NCBI GenBank assembly: GCA_963820065.1
Contig: CAWFYM010000003.1
Span: 963,615 to 1,027,614, forward strand
DNA: 64,000 bases
From: an uncultured Actinomycetota bacterium
GTDB lineage: Bacteria; Actinomycetota; Actinomycetes; DATJPE01
Reading direction: 5' to 3'
How positions within the stretch are numbered: position 1 is the first letter of the stretch; every line of letters starts with the position of its first letter. Positions 7,914 through 18,878 of the stretch are shown in pieces. The position numbers and the translations under genes were made by a program. The notes below the pieces were generated by a model. That model was not told the origin of the DNA. It saw only the letters and a program-made list of their open reading frames with translations, and did no database searches.

Positions 7914-10469
7914 CTACAGCTCGCAGGCGAAGGCGTATTCCACCACGCATGTGTCGCTCCCGGCCCCTCCGTCTCCGATGTCGGTGCCGGGACCGCCGTC
8001 GACGTAGTCATCTCCAGCCCCCAGATCGATGACGTCGTCACCTGGCCCCGCGATGATCCGGTTGGGGCCGCCGTCACCTCTGAGATCGTCGCCGTAGGGC
8101 GAGCCGATGAGGTTCTCGATGGAGAACAGCACATCGACGCCGGTACCCTCGGAGACGCCGGCGCGCAGGTCCACGATCACCCTCCGAGGTGCCGCCGAGT
8201 AGTCGGCGGTATCGACGCCGCTCCCCCCAGACAGGAAGTCCTTCTTTCGGTCACCCCCACCGCCGATCAGCACATCGTCTCCGCCGAGGCCCTCGATCTT
8301 GTCGATCCCCAGGCCACCATCGAGGCTGTTGCCGTCCGCATTCCCCCTGATCTCATCCGGGAAATCCGTCCCCACGACGTTCTCGAAGCCAGAGACAGTG
8401 TCTGCGTCGCCGTCGACAGCGTTGCCGGCCGTCAGGTCGATCTCCAGACTCTCTTCGGACTTGCTGTAGTCGACAGTGTCGATGCCCGCACCACCCAAGT
8501 GATCGTCTGATCCAGGCGATCCCCAGAGGAGGTCGTCGCCCTCGTCGCCGGCACTGCGGTCCTCGCCGATGCCTGGCTGAAGAGTGTCGTCCCCGGTTCC
8601 TCCGGAGAGGTCGTCGTCACCGCGGTTGCCCCTCAGGTTGTCAACGCCTGGCCCGCCCGAGATCAGGTCGTCGCCCTGGCTGCCGGACAAGACGTTTTCG
8701 CCCGAGTCGCCGGTAAGCACGTCGTCGAACAACGATCCGGTGAGATTCTCGACGCCGGTGATCGTGTCTGTTCCTTGGCCGCTCGCCATGCCGGCATCGA
8801 GATCAGCCATGACGCCGCTGGGGGAGGAGTTGAACTGCAGGACGTCGACACCGGCTCCGCCGTCATAGGCGTCGTCACCGGCGCTGCCCTCGAGCTCGTC
8901 GTTGCCTCCCGCGGCGGCGAGGTCGTCGTCCCCTGCTCCGCCATTGAGCTCGTTGTCCCCTTCGCTGCCGATGATCGTGTCGTCGTACGCGGACCCGACG
9001 ACGTCCTCGACGTTGACGAGGCTGTCGTGACCCTCTCCGTCCGCTGTCCCGGTGTCGAGGTTCACGACCACGCCTGTGTCGGCCAACGAGTAGTCGACTT
9101 CGTCCCTGGTGTCGTAGCGCTGAGGGAGTCCAACGTCGTAGCCGTCGATGAGGTCGTCACCGGGGCCACCGGAGAGGCGATCGACACGGTCGGGGATGTT
9201 GGAGTTGGCACCCCCACGGAGGATGTCGTCGCCGGAGCCGCCGCGGAGGGCGTCCTCACCGTCGAACCCCCGAAGCACGTTGTCGTCGTCGTTCCCCGTG
9301 ATCACGTCGTCGCCTCGGGAACCGTCGACGTTCTCGATCGAGTCCAGCCTGTCGATCCCGCTCTCCTGGCTGGTTGCGAGCCCGCTCAACAGGTTGACGG
9401 TCACGCCGCCGTACACGCGGCTGAAGGTGACGGTGTCAACGCCCTCCCCGCCCTGCTGGCTGTCGTTGCCGCGGGACGAGATGAAGACATCGTCGCCTGC
9501 GAGCCCGACTTCGAGGTCGTTGCCGGCATCGCTGTAGAAGTGGTTGTCAGCAGCGGAGCCAAGGAGGACGTCGTCGTGCGGGCTGAAGACCTGAGCCGAC
9601 TCGACATCGACGAGCGTGTCGTGACCTTGGCCGCGCGTGGTTCCGGCAGCGAGGTCGACGCGGATGTTGCCGGGGTCCTTGGCATGCTTCCAGAGCCGCA
9701 CCGTGTCTGACCCGGAACCGCCGACGAGGTGATCGTCGCCCTTGGCGGCGTCCGGCTCTCGATAGATCAGGTCTCCCTGCAGCGAGTCGTCGCCCCCGCC
9801 TCCGCTGAGCGCGTCGTCTCCCCTCGAGCCATCGAGAAAGTCGTCGTCCGGACCTCCGTAGAGATGATCCGCGGCATTGCCCCCGAAAAGAGTGTCGTCG
9901 CCAGCCTCGCCACGCAGGTGATCGGTACCTTGCGCGCCATCCAAGGTGTCGTCGTCGTCACCTCCGCTGAGGTGATCCGCACCGCGTCCGCCTTGGAGGA
10001 AGTCGCTCCCGTCGCCGCCACGGACGGTGTCGTCCCCGTCCATACCGTCCAACGTGTCGTCCCCTGGGCCGCCGCCGATCTCGTCATCTCCATCGTTGCC
10101 GTAGATACGGTCGTCGCCCTCGTTGCCTGCGAGGTCGTCGCCACCGTTGTTTCCGTTGATGACGTCGCCTCCGCGGCCCCCAGAAATGCGGTCGTTCCCG
10201 TCGTTGCCGCGGAGCTGGTCACGGCCGTCGCCGCCACAGATGAGGTCGTCGCCGCCTCGACCCTCGATCTCGTCGCTGCCGCCGAGGCCGACAATTACGT
10301 CGCGTCCGTCGGTTCCGTGCAGGTCGTCAGCACCGCCAGTGCCGACGATTGTGGCGCGGACTCCGAAGCAGGTTAGGTCGGCCGCCGAGGCGGACGAGGT
10401 CACCATGAGCGACAGAGCGACAACGGTGCCGGCGATCGTTGTCGCGGCCACAGTCTGCTTGCGGCGCAT
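7914..10469 (-). CDS. large Sec-exported calcium-binding beta-roll protein with hemolysin-type (RTX, GGxGxDx) nonapeptide repeats
   Basis: ATG at 10469 preceded by AGGAAG gives a classical signal peptide, MRRKQTVAATTIAGTVVALSLMVTSSASA. The body is several dozen GGDGxDxLxG-type repeats. The TTG at 10511 is the alternative start. Confidence 0.8.
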   Translation of the reverse strand: MRRKQTVAATTIAGTVVALSLMVTSSASAADLTCFGVRATIVGTGGADDLHGTDGRDVIVGLGGSDEIEGRGGDDLICGGDGRDQLRGNDGNDRISGGRGGDVINGNNGGDDLAGNEGDDRIYGNDGDDEIGGGPGDDTLDGMDGDDTVRGGDGSDFLQGGRGADHLSGGDDDDTLDGAQGTDHLRGEAGDDTLFGGNAADHLYGGPDDDFLDGSRGDDALSGGGGDDSLQGDLIYREPDAAKGDDHLVGGSGSDTVRLWKHAKDPGNIRVDLAAGTTRGQGHDTLVDVESAQVFSPHDDVLLGSAADNHFYSDAGNDLEVGLAGDDVFISSRGNDSQQGGEGVDTVTFSRVYGGVTVNLLSGLATSQESGIDRLDSIENVDGSRGDDVITGNDDDNVLRGFDGEDALRGGSGDDILRGGANSNIPDRVDRLSGGPGDDLIDGYDVGLPQRYDTRDEVDYSLADTGVVVNLDTGTADGEGHDSLVNVEDVVGSAYDDTIIGSEGDNELNGGAGDDDLAAAGGNDELEGSAGDDAYDGGAGVDVLQFNSSPSGVMADLDAGMASGQGTDTITGVENLTGSLFDDVLTGDSGENVLSGSQGDDLISGGPGVDNLRGNRGDDDLSGGTGDDTLQPGIGEDRSAGDEGDDLLWGSPGSDDHLGGAGIDTVDYSKSEESLEIDLTAGNAVDGDADTVSGFENVVGTDFPDEIRGNADGNSLDGGLGIDKIEGLGGDDVLIGGGGDRKKDFLSGGSGVDTADYSAAPRRVIVDLRAGVSEGTGVDVLFSIENLIGSPYGDDLRGDGGPNRIIAGPGDDVIDLGAGDDYVDGGPGTDIGDGGAGSDTCVVEYAFACEL

Positions 10470-10593
10470 GATGGCCACTTCCTGTCTTGGTCGGACGGAA
10501 CTCTGCGACAACGTGAGGCCTCAGGCCCCTACCGGGCTCGGCCAGCGCGTCCGACGGGATCGGATCGTACGCCTGCCTGTCGTTTGCTACTAG

Positions 10594-10845
10594 GTGTCGG
10601 GCGGGTCGGGCGTTGAGATGGTGAGCGCCGCAGCCGAGGGCGTCGGTGTCCGGGAGCTGCTGTGGATGATGAGCCCGGACAACCAGGCCGTGCTCCGGTT
10701 GGCTCGCCGGGCAGGTCTTCGTGCTTCGGAGGTTGACTCGGTCATCGAGGCTCGAACCGGGCTGGCTCAGGCTCAGGGCTTCGATCCGCAGTACGTCGAA
10801 GAGCTGGCTGCCCGTGCCCGACTGGGTGAATCACTGGCCGCGTAG
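10594..10845 (+). CDS. hypothetical small ORF in a low-GC patch (83 aa; coding status uncertain)
   Basis: GC3 is only about 65-70% against about 90% in neighbouring genes. No recognisable motif. Convergent with the PIN gene. Confidence 0.2.
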   Translation: MSGGSGVEMVSAAAEGVGVRELLWMMSPDNQAVLRLARRAGLRASEVDSVIEARTGLAQAQGFDPQYVEELAARARLGESLAA

Positions 10846-11025
10846 CACCGGTCTCGCTCGGCCAGCACCGCGATCAGTCGGCGCTCGTCCTCTGTCGGCG
10901 CCGAGCCGCCCCATCCGTCCGCCGGAAACGTCGCTGGAGAATCGATTGTTGATCGATTGACTGCCACACCTGAACGGTGTCCCGAGTCTCCGACAGGTTG
11001 CTTGAGAGCCTTGGGCCGGTCGAGT

Positions 11026-11433
11026 TCAGCGGGGATCCCGGCTCAACGACTCAAGCGGAGCGAGCGGCACCAGGTTGCGCGCCAGGGCCGCGAAGTCGGT
11101 GTCAACGGTGACTAGCGCATCGGCCTGAAGCCGAGTGACCGCGAGATACTCGGCGTCGTACGTCGACTCCCAGCCGTGCTCGCGCGCGATCGTCCAGGCG
11201 GTGCGGCGCGAGACTCGGTCACCGAGCAGTCGCATCTTCAGCTCGGTGAGCCCCTGATGCTGCTGGAGTGCGTGCTCCTCGGTCAGCTCGCCTGCTCGCA
11301 CGCGTCTGAGAAGCAGCGTCAGGGCCTGGGAGCGAATCAGGGTGGGTGCGACGAGTTGATGGCCGGGACTGATCGGAACATCGTTGGCCACGACATGCAG
11401 GAGCGTCGGTGCATCGATCACGTACCGCGTCAT
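11026..11433 (-). CDS. PIN-domain ribonuclease, VapC-like type II toxin
   Basis: 135 aa. An acidic tetrad is plausible: D7 in MTRYVIDAP, E in GELTEEHA, D in YDAEYLAV and LVTVDTDF. Confidence 0.75.
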   Translation of the reverse strand: MTRYVIDAPTLLHVVANDVPISPGHQLVAPTLIRSQALTLLLRRVRAGELTEEHALQQHQGLTELKMRLLGDRVSRRTAWTIAREHGWESTYDAEYLAVTRLQADALVTVDTDFAALARNLVPLAPLESLSRDPR

Positions 11434-11502
11434 GTCGGCACTCTAGGCAGGCTGAGTCGAACCGAGATCGGGGTCGGTCTGACTGGAATGGTGCCGATGG
11501 TC

Positions 11503-11578
<76 letters not shown>

Positions 11579-11676
11579 GGGGAGCGGTCTGCGCCGCTGC
11601 AGCAAGCGTATCTGCGCCGCCGGCCGCTCCTGCGTCATCGGCCTCAGCAGCTGGTAGCGGTTCGAGGGCGTGGCCG

Positions 11677-12849
11677 TCACTGCGAAACCGCCTCGCGGAT
11701 GAGCTGGGCGTACTTCCTGGCGCCGACCGGCTTCACGTGGATTCCGTCGCTGTAGAACCAGCCGGGATGGTCCGCGGCACGTTTTTGCCAGTCCGCCAGC
11801 CGCACGTTTCCGTCGGCGTACTTGGCTGCGAGGCTGCGAATCAACGTGTTGTTCCTGTGCGTCCAGGAACGCGAGGCCTTGACCGTCACGAGCACGACGC
11901 GCGAGCGGTCCGCGAGGAGTTGCAGTCCGCTGTCGTACTCGTCCCTTTCAAGGGTGCCGTTGGTGCCGGTGTCGATGACGACGACATCGCCCAACGTGCC
12001 CGCGCCTCGCCGCTTCTCGATCCGCTTGAAGACGATCCACGACTGGCGGCTCTCGTCGGCATCGACGGTTGAGCGAGGGAACGTCGCAGTGATGGCATCC
12101 GCCGCACCGAGAAGCACGGAGTCACCGACAGCGGTGAGTGGGAGTCCGAACGCGTCTTGGCCCTGGGCAAGAACTGGAGGTCCAGCGCCTGTAGGGGGCG
12201 AGGCGCTGGACGAGGGCGACGCGGCGTTGAAGGTGAGGAGGACGTTGGAGTCCCACACGCCGCTTTCGCTGTCGTAGTCGCCACCGCAGATGACCATCGC
12301 GACGCGTTCGGGTCCGGTCTGAGAGAAGATTCGATCGTAGGGAAGCGCCGCCTTCTCGAAGGATTCCACCGACGTGACCTGGTACGGGTGCTGCTGGCCG
12401 GCGTAGTCCGTGATCGTCATGGCGTCACCGGGCTGAAGGTTCTCCGCTTGGGCCAACGGCCCTGCACCACCCGTCGGGGAGTCGACGTGCGCGTCGAGGA
12501 CCACGGTCCCGCGGCCGGCCCCAACGCCGACGCCGTCTTGCCACCAGCCCACGACCCCGAGCTTGGACGGGAGCTGAAGGAGCTGACTGTGCGACCCCAC
12601 GCGCGCGATGGTCGAGGTGATGCCGACCGTGGGGAGCGTGAGTCTGGTGGGCAACGCCCCTCGAGCCGTGGCCGGACCGACCGCGGTCGGCGCGGTCGAC
12701 GCCGGTAGGGGGCCGACCACCGGCGGCGAGGACGATCCCCGGGGGACGTTCGCTGCCCCGCAGCCACCGAGGGCGAGGCCCGCTGCCGAGGCGATGGTGA
12801 CGGCCGTGAGACGTCTCCGTCCACCGGCCGCTGAGACCTTGCGGGGCAC
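11677..12849 (-). CDS. lipoprotein fusing a class-F sortase-like transpeptidase domain to a C-terminal SGNH/GDSL hydrolase domain
   Basis: GTG start and lipobox LALGGC. Sortase-like blocks LTLPTVGITS, VVLDAHVD (His) and VAMVICGG (Cys in a TLxTC-like position). Then SGNH blocks LTAVGDSVLLG (GDS), VIDTGTNG, and DGIH (DxxH). Confidence 0.65.
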   Translation of the reverse strand: MPRKVSAAGGRRRLTAVTIASAAGLALGGCGAANVPRGSSSPPVVGPLPASTAPTAVGPATARGALPTRLTLPTVGITSTIARVGSHSQLLQLPSKLGVVGWWQDGVGVGAGRGTVVLDAHVDSPTGGAGPLAQAENLQPGDAMTITDYAGQQHPYQVTSVESFEKAALPYDRIFSQTGPERVAMVICGGDYDSESGVWDSNVLLTFNAASPSSSASPPTGAGPPVLAQGQDAFGLPLTAVGDSVLLGAADAITATFPRSTVDADESRQSWIVFKRIEKRRGAGTLGDVVVIDTGTNGTLERDEYDSGLQLLADRSRVVLVTVKASRSWTHRNNTLIRSLAAKYADGNVRLADWQKRAADHPGWFYSDGIHVKPVGARKYAQLIREAVSQ

Positions 12850-12959
12850 GGTGAGAACTCCAGAGGACGTGAGCGGATTGAGTTCCAGTGTCTCACTCGG
12901 CGCCGTGGGCGCCCTAGCCGAGGATCATCATGGCCGGCCTACGCTCCGGGCAATTGCGC

Positions 12960-15055
<2,096 letters not shown>

Positions 15056-15071
15056 CCAAGTGACCAGCTTC

Positions 15072-15518
15072 TCAGCCCGTCAGCAGGCGTCCGTCCGTGA
15101 GCCGCCGACCGGTGATGTAGGTGGGGGTAATGCGAACAAACCGGTTGCGGATCCCGGTCGGCCACGGGACCAAAGTCAGTTCTATGGCGCGGTGCACATC
15201 GACCGGTCGTGAGAGCTCGCTCGCGACGCCGACGACGACGACACTCCACCCCTCCTGGGCGCTCGCGTCGATCTCGTCGACCTCGAAGGCCACCACCGCG
15301 TCCCTCGTCCCCTCGGCCAGTGCCGTTCCCGGAGCCGTACGGAAGACGATCGACTCGCCAGCCATCGCGTAGTTGACCGGGGTGATCGCCGGAAGCGCGT
15401 GGTCGGTGTAGGCCACGCGTCCGTAGACGCCCCGGCGCAGGAGGCCAAGGCACTCGTCTCGGCTGAGTTCGTCCAGCCTTCCCGGGCTCCGCGCCGGGGT
15501 CGATTCGTCGAAGTGCAT
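15072..15518 (-). CDS. pyridoxamine 5'-phosphate oxidase-family (split-barrel, FMN/F420-binding) protein
   Basis: 148 aa. PPOX-like block LLRRGVYGRVAY...VNYAMAGESIVFRT. Sits inside the dosR cluster. Confidence 0.75.
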   Translation of the reverse strand: MHFDESTPARSPGRLDELSRDECLGLLRRGVYGRVAYTDHALPAITPVNYAMAGESIVFRTAPGTALAEGTRDAVVAFEVDEIDASAQEGWSVVVVGVASELSRPVDVHRAIELTLVPWPTGIRNRFVRITPTYITGRRLTDGRLLTG

Positions 15519-15553
15519 GATCCGAGCCTGCGGCGGTTTGGTCGCCGTAACCA

Positions 15554-15567
15554 GGGTCGAAGGACCC
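15554..15567. promoter_or_regulatory. palindrome GGGTCGAAGGACCC about 40 bp upstream of the PPOX-family gene (possible variant DosR box)
   Basis: 5-4-5 inverted repeat. Its half-site differs at one base from the DosR core GGGAC. Confidence 0.25.
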
Positions 15568-16224
15568 TCAAGGGGCGTCGAGGCGGGTCGTGAAGATCGC
15601 GGCCTGCGTGCGGCGCTGCATCCCGAGCTTGCTCAAGAGGCTGGAGACGTAGTTCTTGACGGTCTTCTCGGCGAGGAACATTTGCTCGGCGATCTGCCGG
15701 TTGGTCAGTCCTTCGCCAATCAGCGCCAGCACGCGTCGCTCCTGCTCGGACAGCGCGGCGAGGCGACGGTCCTCGGGCTTCCCGGTGCGCAAGCGCTCGA
15801 GGACCTGACCGGTCACGGCCGGGTCGAGCAACGACTGCCCGCTCGCCACCCGACGGATGCCGTCGACGAGGTCGTCGCCGTGGATGTCCTTGAGCACGTA
15901 GCCGGCGGCCCCGGCCATGATCGCCGCGAACAGCGCATCGTCGTCGTCGAACGAGGTGAGGATCAGCGCACGGATCTCGGGATGGTTGCTGCGGATGTCG
16001 CGGCACACGTCGATCCCCGACCCATCCGGGAGTCGGGCGTCGAGCACGGCCACGTCGGGGCGCAGGGCGGGGATGCGGGCCAACGCCTCCGCGGCCGTGC
16101 CAGCCTCGCCCACCACCTCGAGGTCGGGCTCGGGGTCGAGGAGCTCGCGTAGGCCGCGGCGTACGACCTCGTGGTCGTCGAGCAGGAAGATCCGGATCTG
16201 CGCGTCGTCGGTCACGGGCACCAT
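15568..16224 (-). CDS. dosR: NarL/LuxR-family response regulator, DosR/DevR-like
   Basis: 218 aa. REC domain (LLDDHEVVRRGL...DVAVLDARLPDGSG) and LuxR HTH (LSEQERRVLALIGEGLTNRQIAEQMFLAEKTVKNYVSSLLSKLG). Confidence 0.9.
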   Translation of the reverse strand: MVPVTDDAQIRIFLLDDHEVVRRGLRELLDPEPDLEVVGEAGTAAEALARIPALRPDVAVLDARLPDGSGIDVCRDIRSNHPEIRALILTSFDDDDALFAAIMAGAAGYVLKDIHGDDLVDGIRRVASGQSLLDPAVTGQVLERLRTGKPEDRRLAALSEQERRVLALIGEGLTNRQIAEQMFLAEKTVKNYVSSLLSKLGMQRRTQAAIFTTRLDAP

Positions 16225-16251
16225 GGTGTCGCATCCGGTCGTCCTGGGGGT

Positions 16252-16265
16252 GGGACCAAGGTCCC
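16252..16265. promoter_or_regulatory. DosR/DevR box-like palindrome GGGACCAAGGTCCC in the divergent dosR-acg promoter
   Basis: Matches the core of the M. tuberculosis Dev box (TTSGGGACTWWAGTCCCSAA). Lies between the divergently transcribed dosR and the Acg-type nitroreductase gene. Confidence 0.5.
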
Positions 16266-16373
16266 GCCGCGGGTGGTCCTTCGGCGCTGGCGGTTGACTG
16301 GGCGAGTTGACTTGATGGAGGTCCGGACTCTTTGTACTCGCTGTTCGGGCCGTCCCGCGAGGAGGTCGCTGCC

Positions 16374-17342
16374 ATGACGAGGACCAAGAACGTCGACTGG
16401 GCTCAGGTGGCCGCCACAGGAGTCCTCGCCCCCTCGGTCCTCAACACCCAGCCCTGGACCTTCCACGCGTACGGCGGGACCGTCGACGTGGTCACCGACC
16501 CGAGCCGGGCGGCCGTGCACCTCGATCCCCAGGGTCGTGAATTGCTGATGTCGTGCGGCGCGGCCCTGTTCAACCTGCAGCTGGCCGTCGCCGCCCAGTC
16601 CCGCGAGCCGGTGGTCACGATCCTGCCGGATGCGGCGCGCCCCGAGATCGTCGGACGGGTTGTGGCCGGGGACGACTACGTCCCGACCGCCACAGATCTG
16701 CGCCTGCACGCGGCCATCCCACACCGGCGGACCAGCCGTGAGCCGTTCGAGGATCGTGTCGTGCCCGAGCCCGTCATCGCTGCGTTGGTGGAGGCGGCCG
16801 AGGCAGAGGGAGCCCGGCTGGACCAGCCGCCGCCGTGGCACCTCGCGTCGATCACGGGACTCGTCCACGACGCCGACCGGGCCCAGCGCGATCGTCCCGA
16901 GGTCGTCGAGGACGTGCTCGACTGGACCGGCGGACGGTCCAGGCCGGGATCGGGGATCCCGGACTCCCGACTCGGGCCGCGTCCGGCCGACCCCTCGGCG
17001 TTGGTTCGCGACTTCTCGATGCGGCAGTACGTGCCTGACCGCCCCGTCGCCGACTTCGGCGAGGCCGGTGTCCTGATGGTCCTGCTCACCCCGCTCGACA
17101 CACCTTCGGACCGGATCAAGGCGGGGATCGCCCTGGAGCACGTCCTGCTCGAAGCGGCGTCCCACGGGGTCTCGGCAACGCTGCTGACCCAACCGGTCGA
17201 GGTGCCCGAGCTCCGGCAGTGGTTGCGTGACCCGGGCACGGCCTTCGCCTACCCGCAGGCGCTGATGACCTTCGGCTACGGCCCCGTCCCGCCGCCGACG
17301 CCGCGTCGGCCGGTCAGCGACGTGCTCGTGCTTGATCCCTGA
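16374..17342 (+). CDS. acg: Acg-family nitroreductase-like protein (tandem nitroreductase folds; Mtb Acg/Rv2032 type)
   Basis: ATG preceded by GAGGAGG. N-terminal LNTQPWTF. About 320 aa with the duplicated architecture typical of Acg proteins. Confidence 0.8.
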   Translation: MTRTKNVDWAQVAATGVLAPSVLNTQPWTFHAYGGTVDVVTDPSRAAVHLDPQGRELLMSCGAALFNLQLAVAAQSREPVVTILPDAARPEIVGRVVAGDDYVPTATDLRLHAAIPHRRTSREPFEDRVVPEPVIAALVEAAEAEGARLDQPPPWHLASITGLVHDADRAQRDRPEVVEDVLDWTGGRSRPGSGIPDSRLGPRPADPSALVRDFSMRQYVPDRPVADFGEAGVLMVLLTPLDTPSDRIKAGIALEHVLLEAASHGVSATLLTQPVEVPELRQWLRDPGTAFAYPQALMTFGYGPVPPPTPRRPVSDVLVLDP

Positions 17343-17390
17343 CTTGATCCCTGACCGCGCTGGCCCACGAGTAAGCGCCGCTGCGCCCAG

Positions 17391-18245
17391 GTGTGCGACC
17401 GTAGAGGCGTGGGACATCTCGTCGACCGCCGTCGGGTGGTTCGCATCGACGGCGACGTGATCACCGAGCGGCCCGACCACATCGCGGTCGAGGAGCCGCT
17501 GACGGTACGTGTGGCCGGCATCACCGTCGCCACGACGATGCGCACCCCCGGGCACGACGTCGACCTGGCTCTTGGGTGGCTGGTCGCCGAAGGGGTCATC
17601 AGCCGTCCCGGCGACGTGGTCGACGCGGTGCCCTGCGCTGACGACACCGTCGACGTACGGCTCGAGCCCGGGCTCACGCCGCCGGCCGCGCGTCTGGGGA
17701 TGACGACGAGCGCGTGCGGGCTATGCGGCAGCGACACGATCGAGGAGGTCCTCGCCCGGCGCGGCACCCCTCCGCTGGCCGGCAAACCGCTCGTCGACTC
17801 CGCTGGGCTGGCCCGGTTGCCGGGGTTGCTGCGCCAGCGTCAGGCGGCCTTCGACCGCACGGGAGGGCTCCACGCCGCCGGCCTGTTCACGGCCGAGGGC
17901 GAGATGGTGTGCGTCCGCGAGGATGTCGGTCGGCACAACGCGGTCGACAAGGTCGTCGGCTGGGCGTTCCGGGAGGGCCTCCTGCCGGCGCAGACGTATG
18001 TCCTGCAGGTCAGTGGCCGGGCCTCCTTCGAGCTCACCCAGAAGGCGGCGATGGCCGGTATCCCGATTCTTTCAGCGGTCTCCGCGCCGTCGACCCTGGC
18101 CGTCGATCTGGCGCGAGAGGCGGGAATGACCTTGGTCGGCTTTGCCCGCGGCAGCTCGATGAACGTCTACGCCGGACGTGAACGAGTGAGCCTGTCGGGC
18201 TCTTCAGCGAGCCCGCTCGCGGCGGCGAGCGGGCCCAAGGCCTGA
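17391..18245 (+). CDS. fdhD: formate dehydrogenase accessory sulfurtransferase FdhD
   Basis: EEPLTVRV, catalytic-cysteine motif SACGLCG, and HNAVDK. Confidence 0.85.
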   Translation: MCDRRGVGHLVDRRRVVRIDGDVITERPDHIAVEEPLTVRVAGITVATTMRTPGHDVDLALGWLVAEGVISRPGDVVDAVPCADDTVDVRLEPGLTPPAARLGMTTSACGLCGSDTIEEVLARRGTPPLAGKPLVDSAGLARLPGLLRQRQAAFDRTGGLHAAGLFTAEGEMVCVREDVGRHNAVDKVVGWAFREGLLPAQTYVLQVSGRASFELTQKAAMAGIPILSAVSAPSTLAVDLAREAGMTLVGFARGSSMNVYAGRERVSLSGSSASPLAAASGPKA

Positions 18246-18390
18246 GAAAAGGCTGAGAATCGTCTGCTTGTGCAGGGATTGGGCCGTTCGGGGTGCGCGA
18301 CGTGTCCCACCTCACAGCCTGATGGCCGAACGATTAGGGAACCTGCTCCGTCGATAAGGCGTACGGGGACCAACGAGGAGGTGCGCCCAG

Positions 18391-18759
18391 ATGACAGCGT
18401 TGCGCGGATACGGGATGTCCGTCCGGAGCTTTGAGTCCGAAGAGAACGTCGTGGGTGTCTCCACCCACCCCGAGGTCTACCACTGCCCGGCCGGGCACGT
18501 GCTGACCCTGAACTTCGCGGCAGACGCCGACGAGGTGCCCGACACGTGGGACTGCCCGAAGTGCGGGCGTACCGCGCACCGCGACGAGACGGCCGCGCGC
18601 CGGGCGTCGCTCACCGAGGGCGACCTGAGCGTCCCGACGCCCTCGCCGCGCACCATGGTCGCGAGCAAGACCTCGTGGGACATGCTGCTCGAGCGCCGCA
18701 CGATCGCCGAGCTCGAGGCGCTGCTCGACGAGCGTCGCGCTCACTTCCGCACCCTCTGA
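18391..18759 (+). CDS. rbpA: RNA polymerase-binding protein RbpA
   Basis: 122 aa. C-x3-H...C-x2-C zinc motif (YHCPAGHV...CPKCG) and a C-terminal sigma-interaction helix (WDMLLERRTIAELEALLDER). Confidence 0.9.
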   Translation: MTALRGYGMSVRSFESEENVVGVSTHPEVYHCPAGHVLTLNFAADADEVPDTWDCPKCGRTAHRDETAARRASLTEGDLSVPTPSPRTMVASKTSWDMLLERRTIAELEALLDERRAHFRTL

Positions 18760-18794
18760 GCAGACCACACCCTCGTCACGTCCCTGCGTCCGAG

Positions 18795-18836
18795 GAAGTG
18801 AGGGCTATAGGCCCCACTTCCTCGGACGTAGCCATG
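18795..18836 (+). terminator. perfect 14-bp stem hairpin downstream of rbpA (CGTCCGAGGAAGTG...CACTTCCTCGGACG)
   Basis: Inverted repeat read from the sequence. No U-tract follows, which is common for actinobacterial I-shaped terminators. Confidence 0.4.
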
Positions 18837-18878
18837 TCTGGGACGGCTGCCGCTGGCTGAGCGTGGCAGGCTGAGGGG

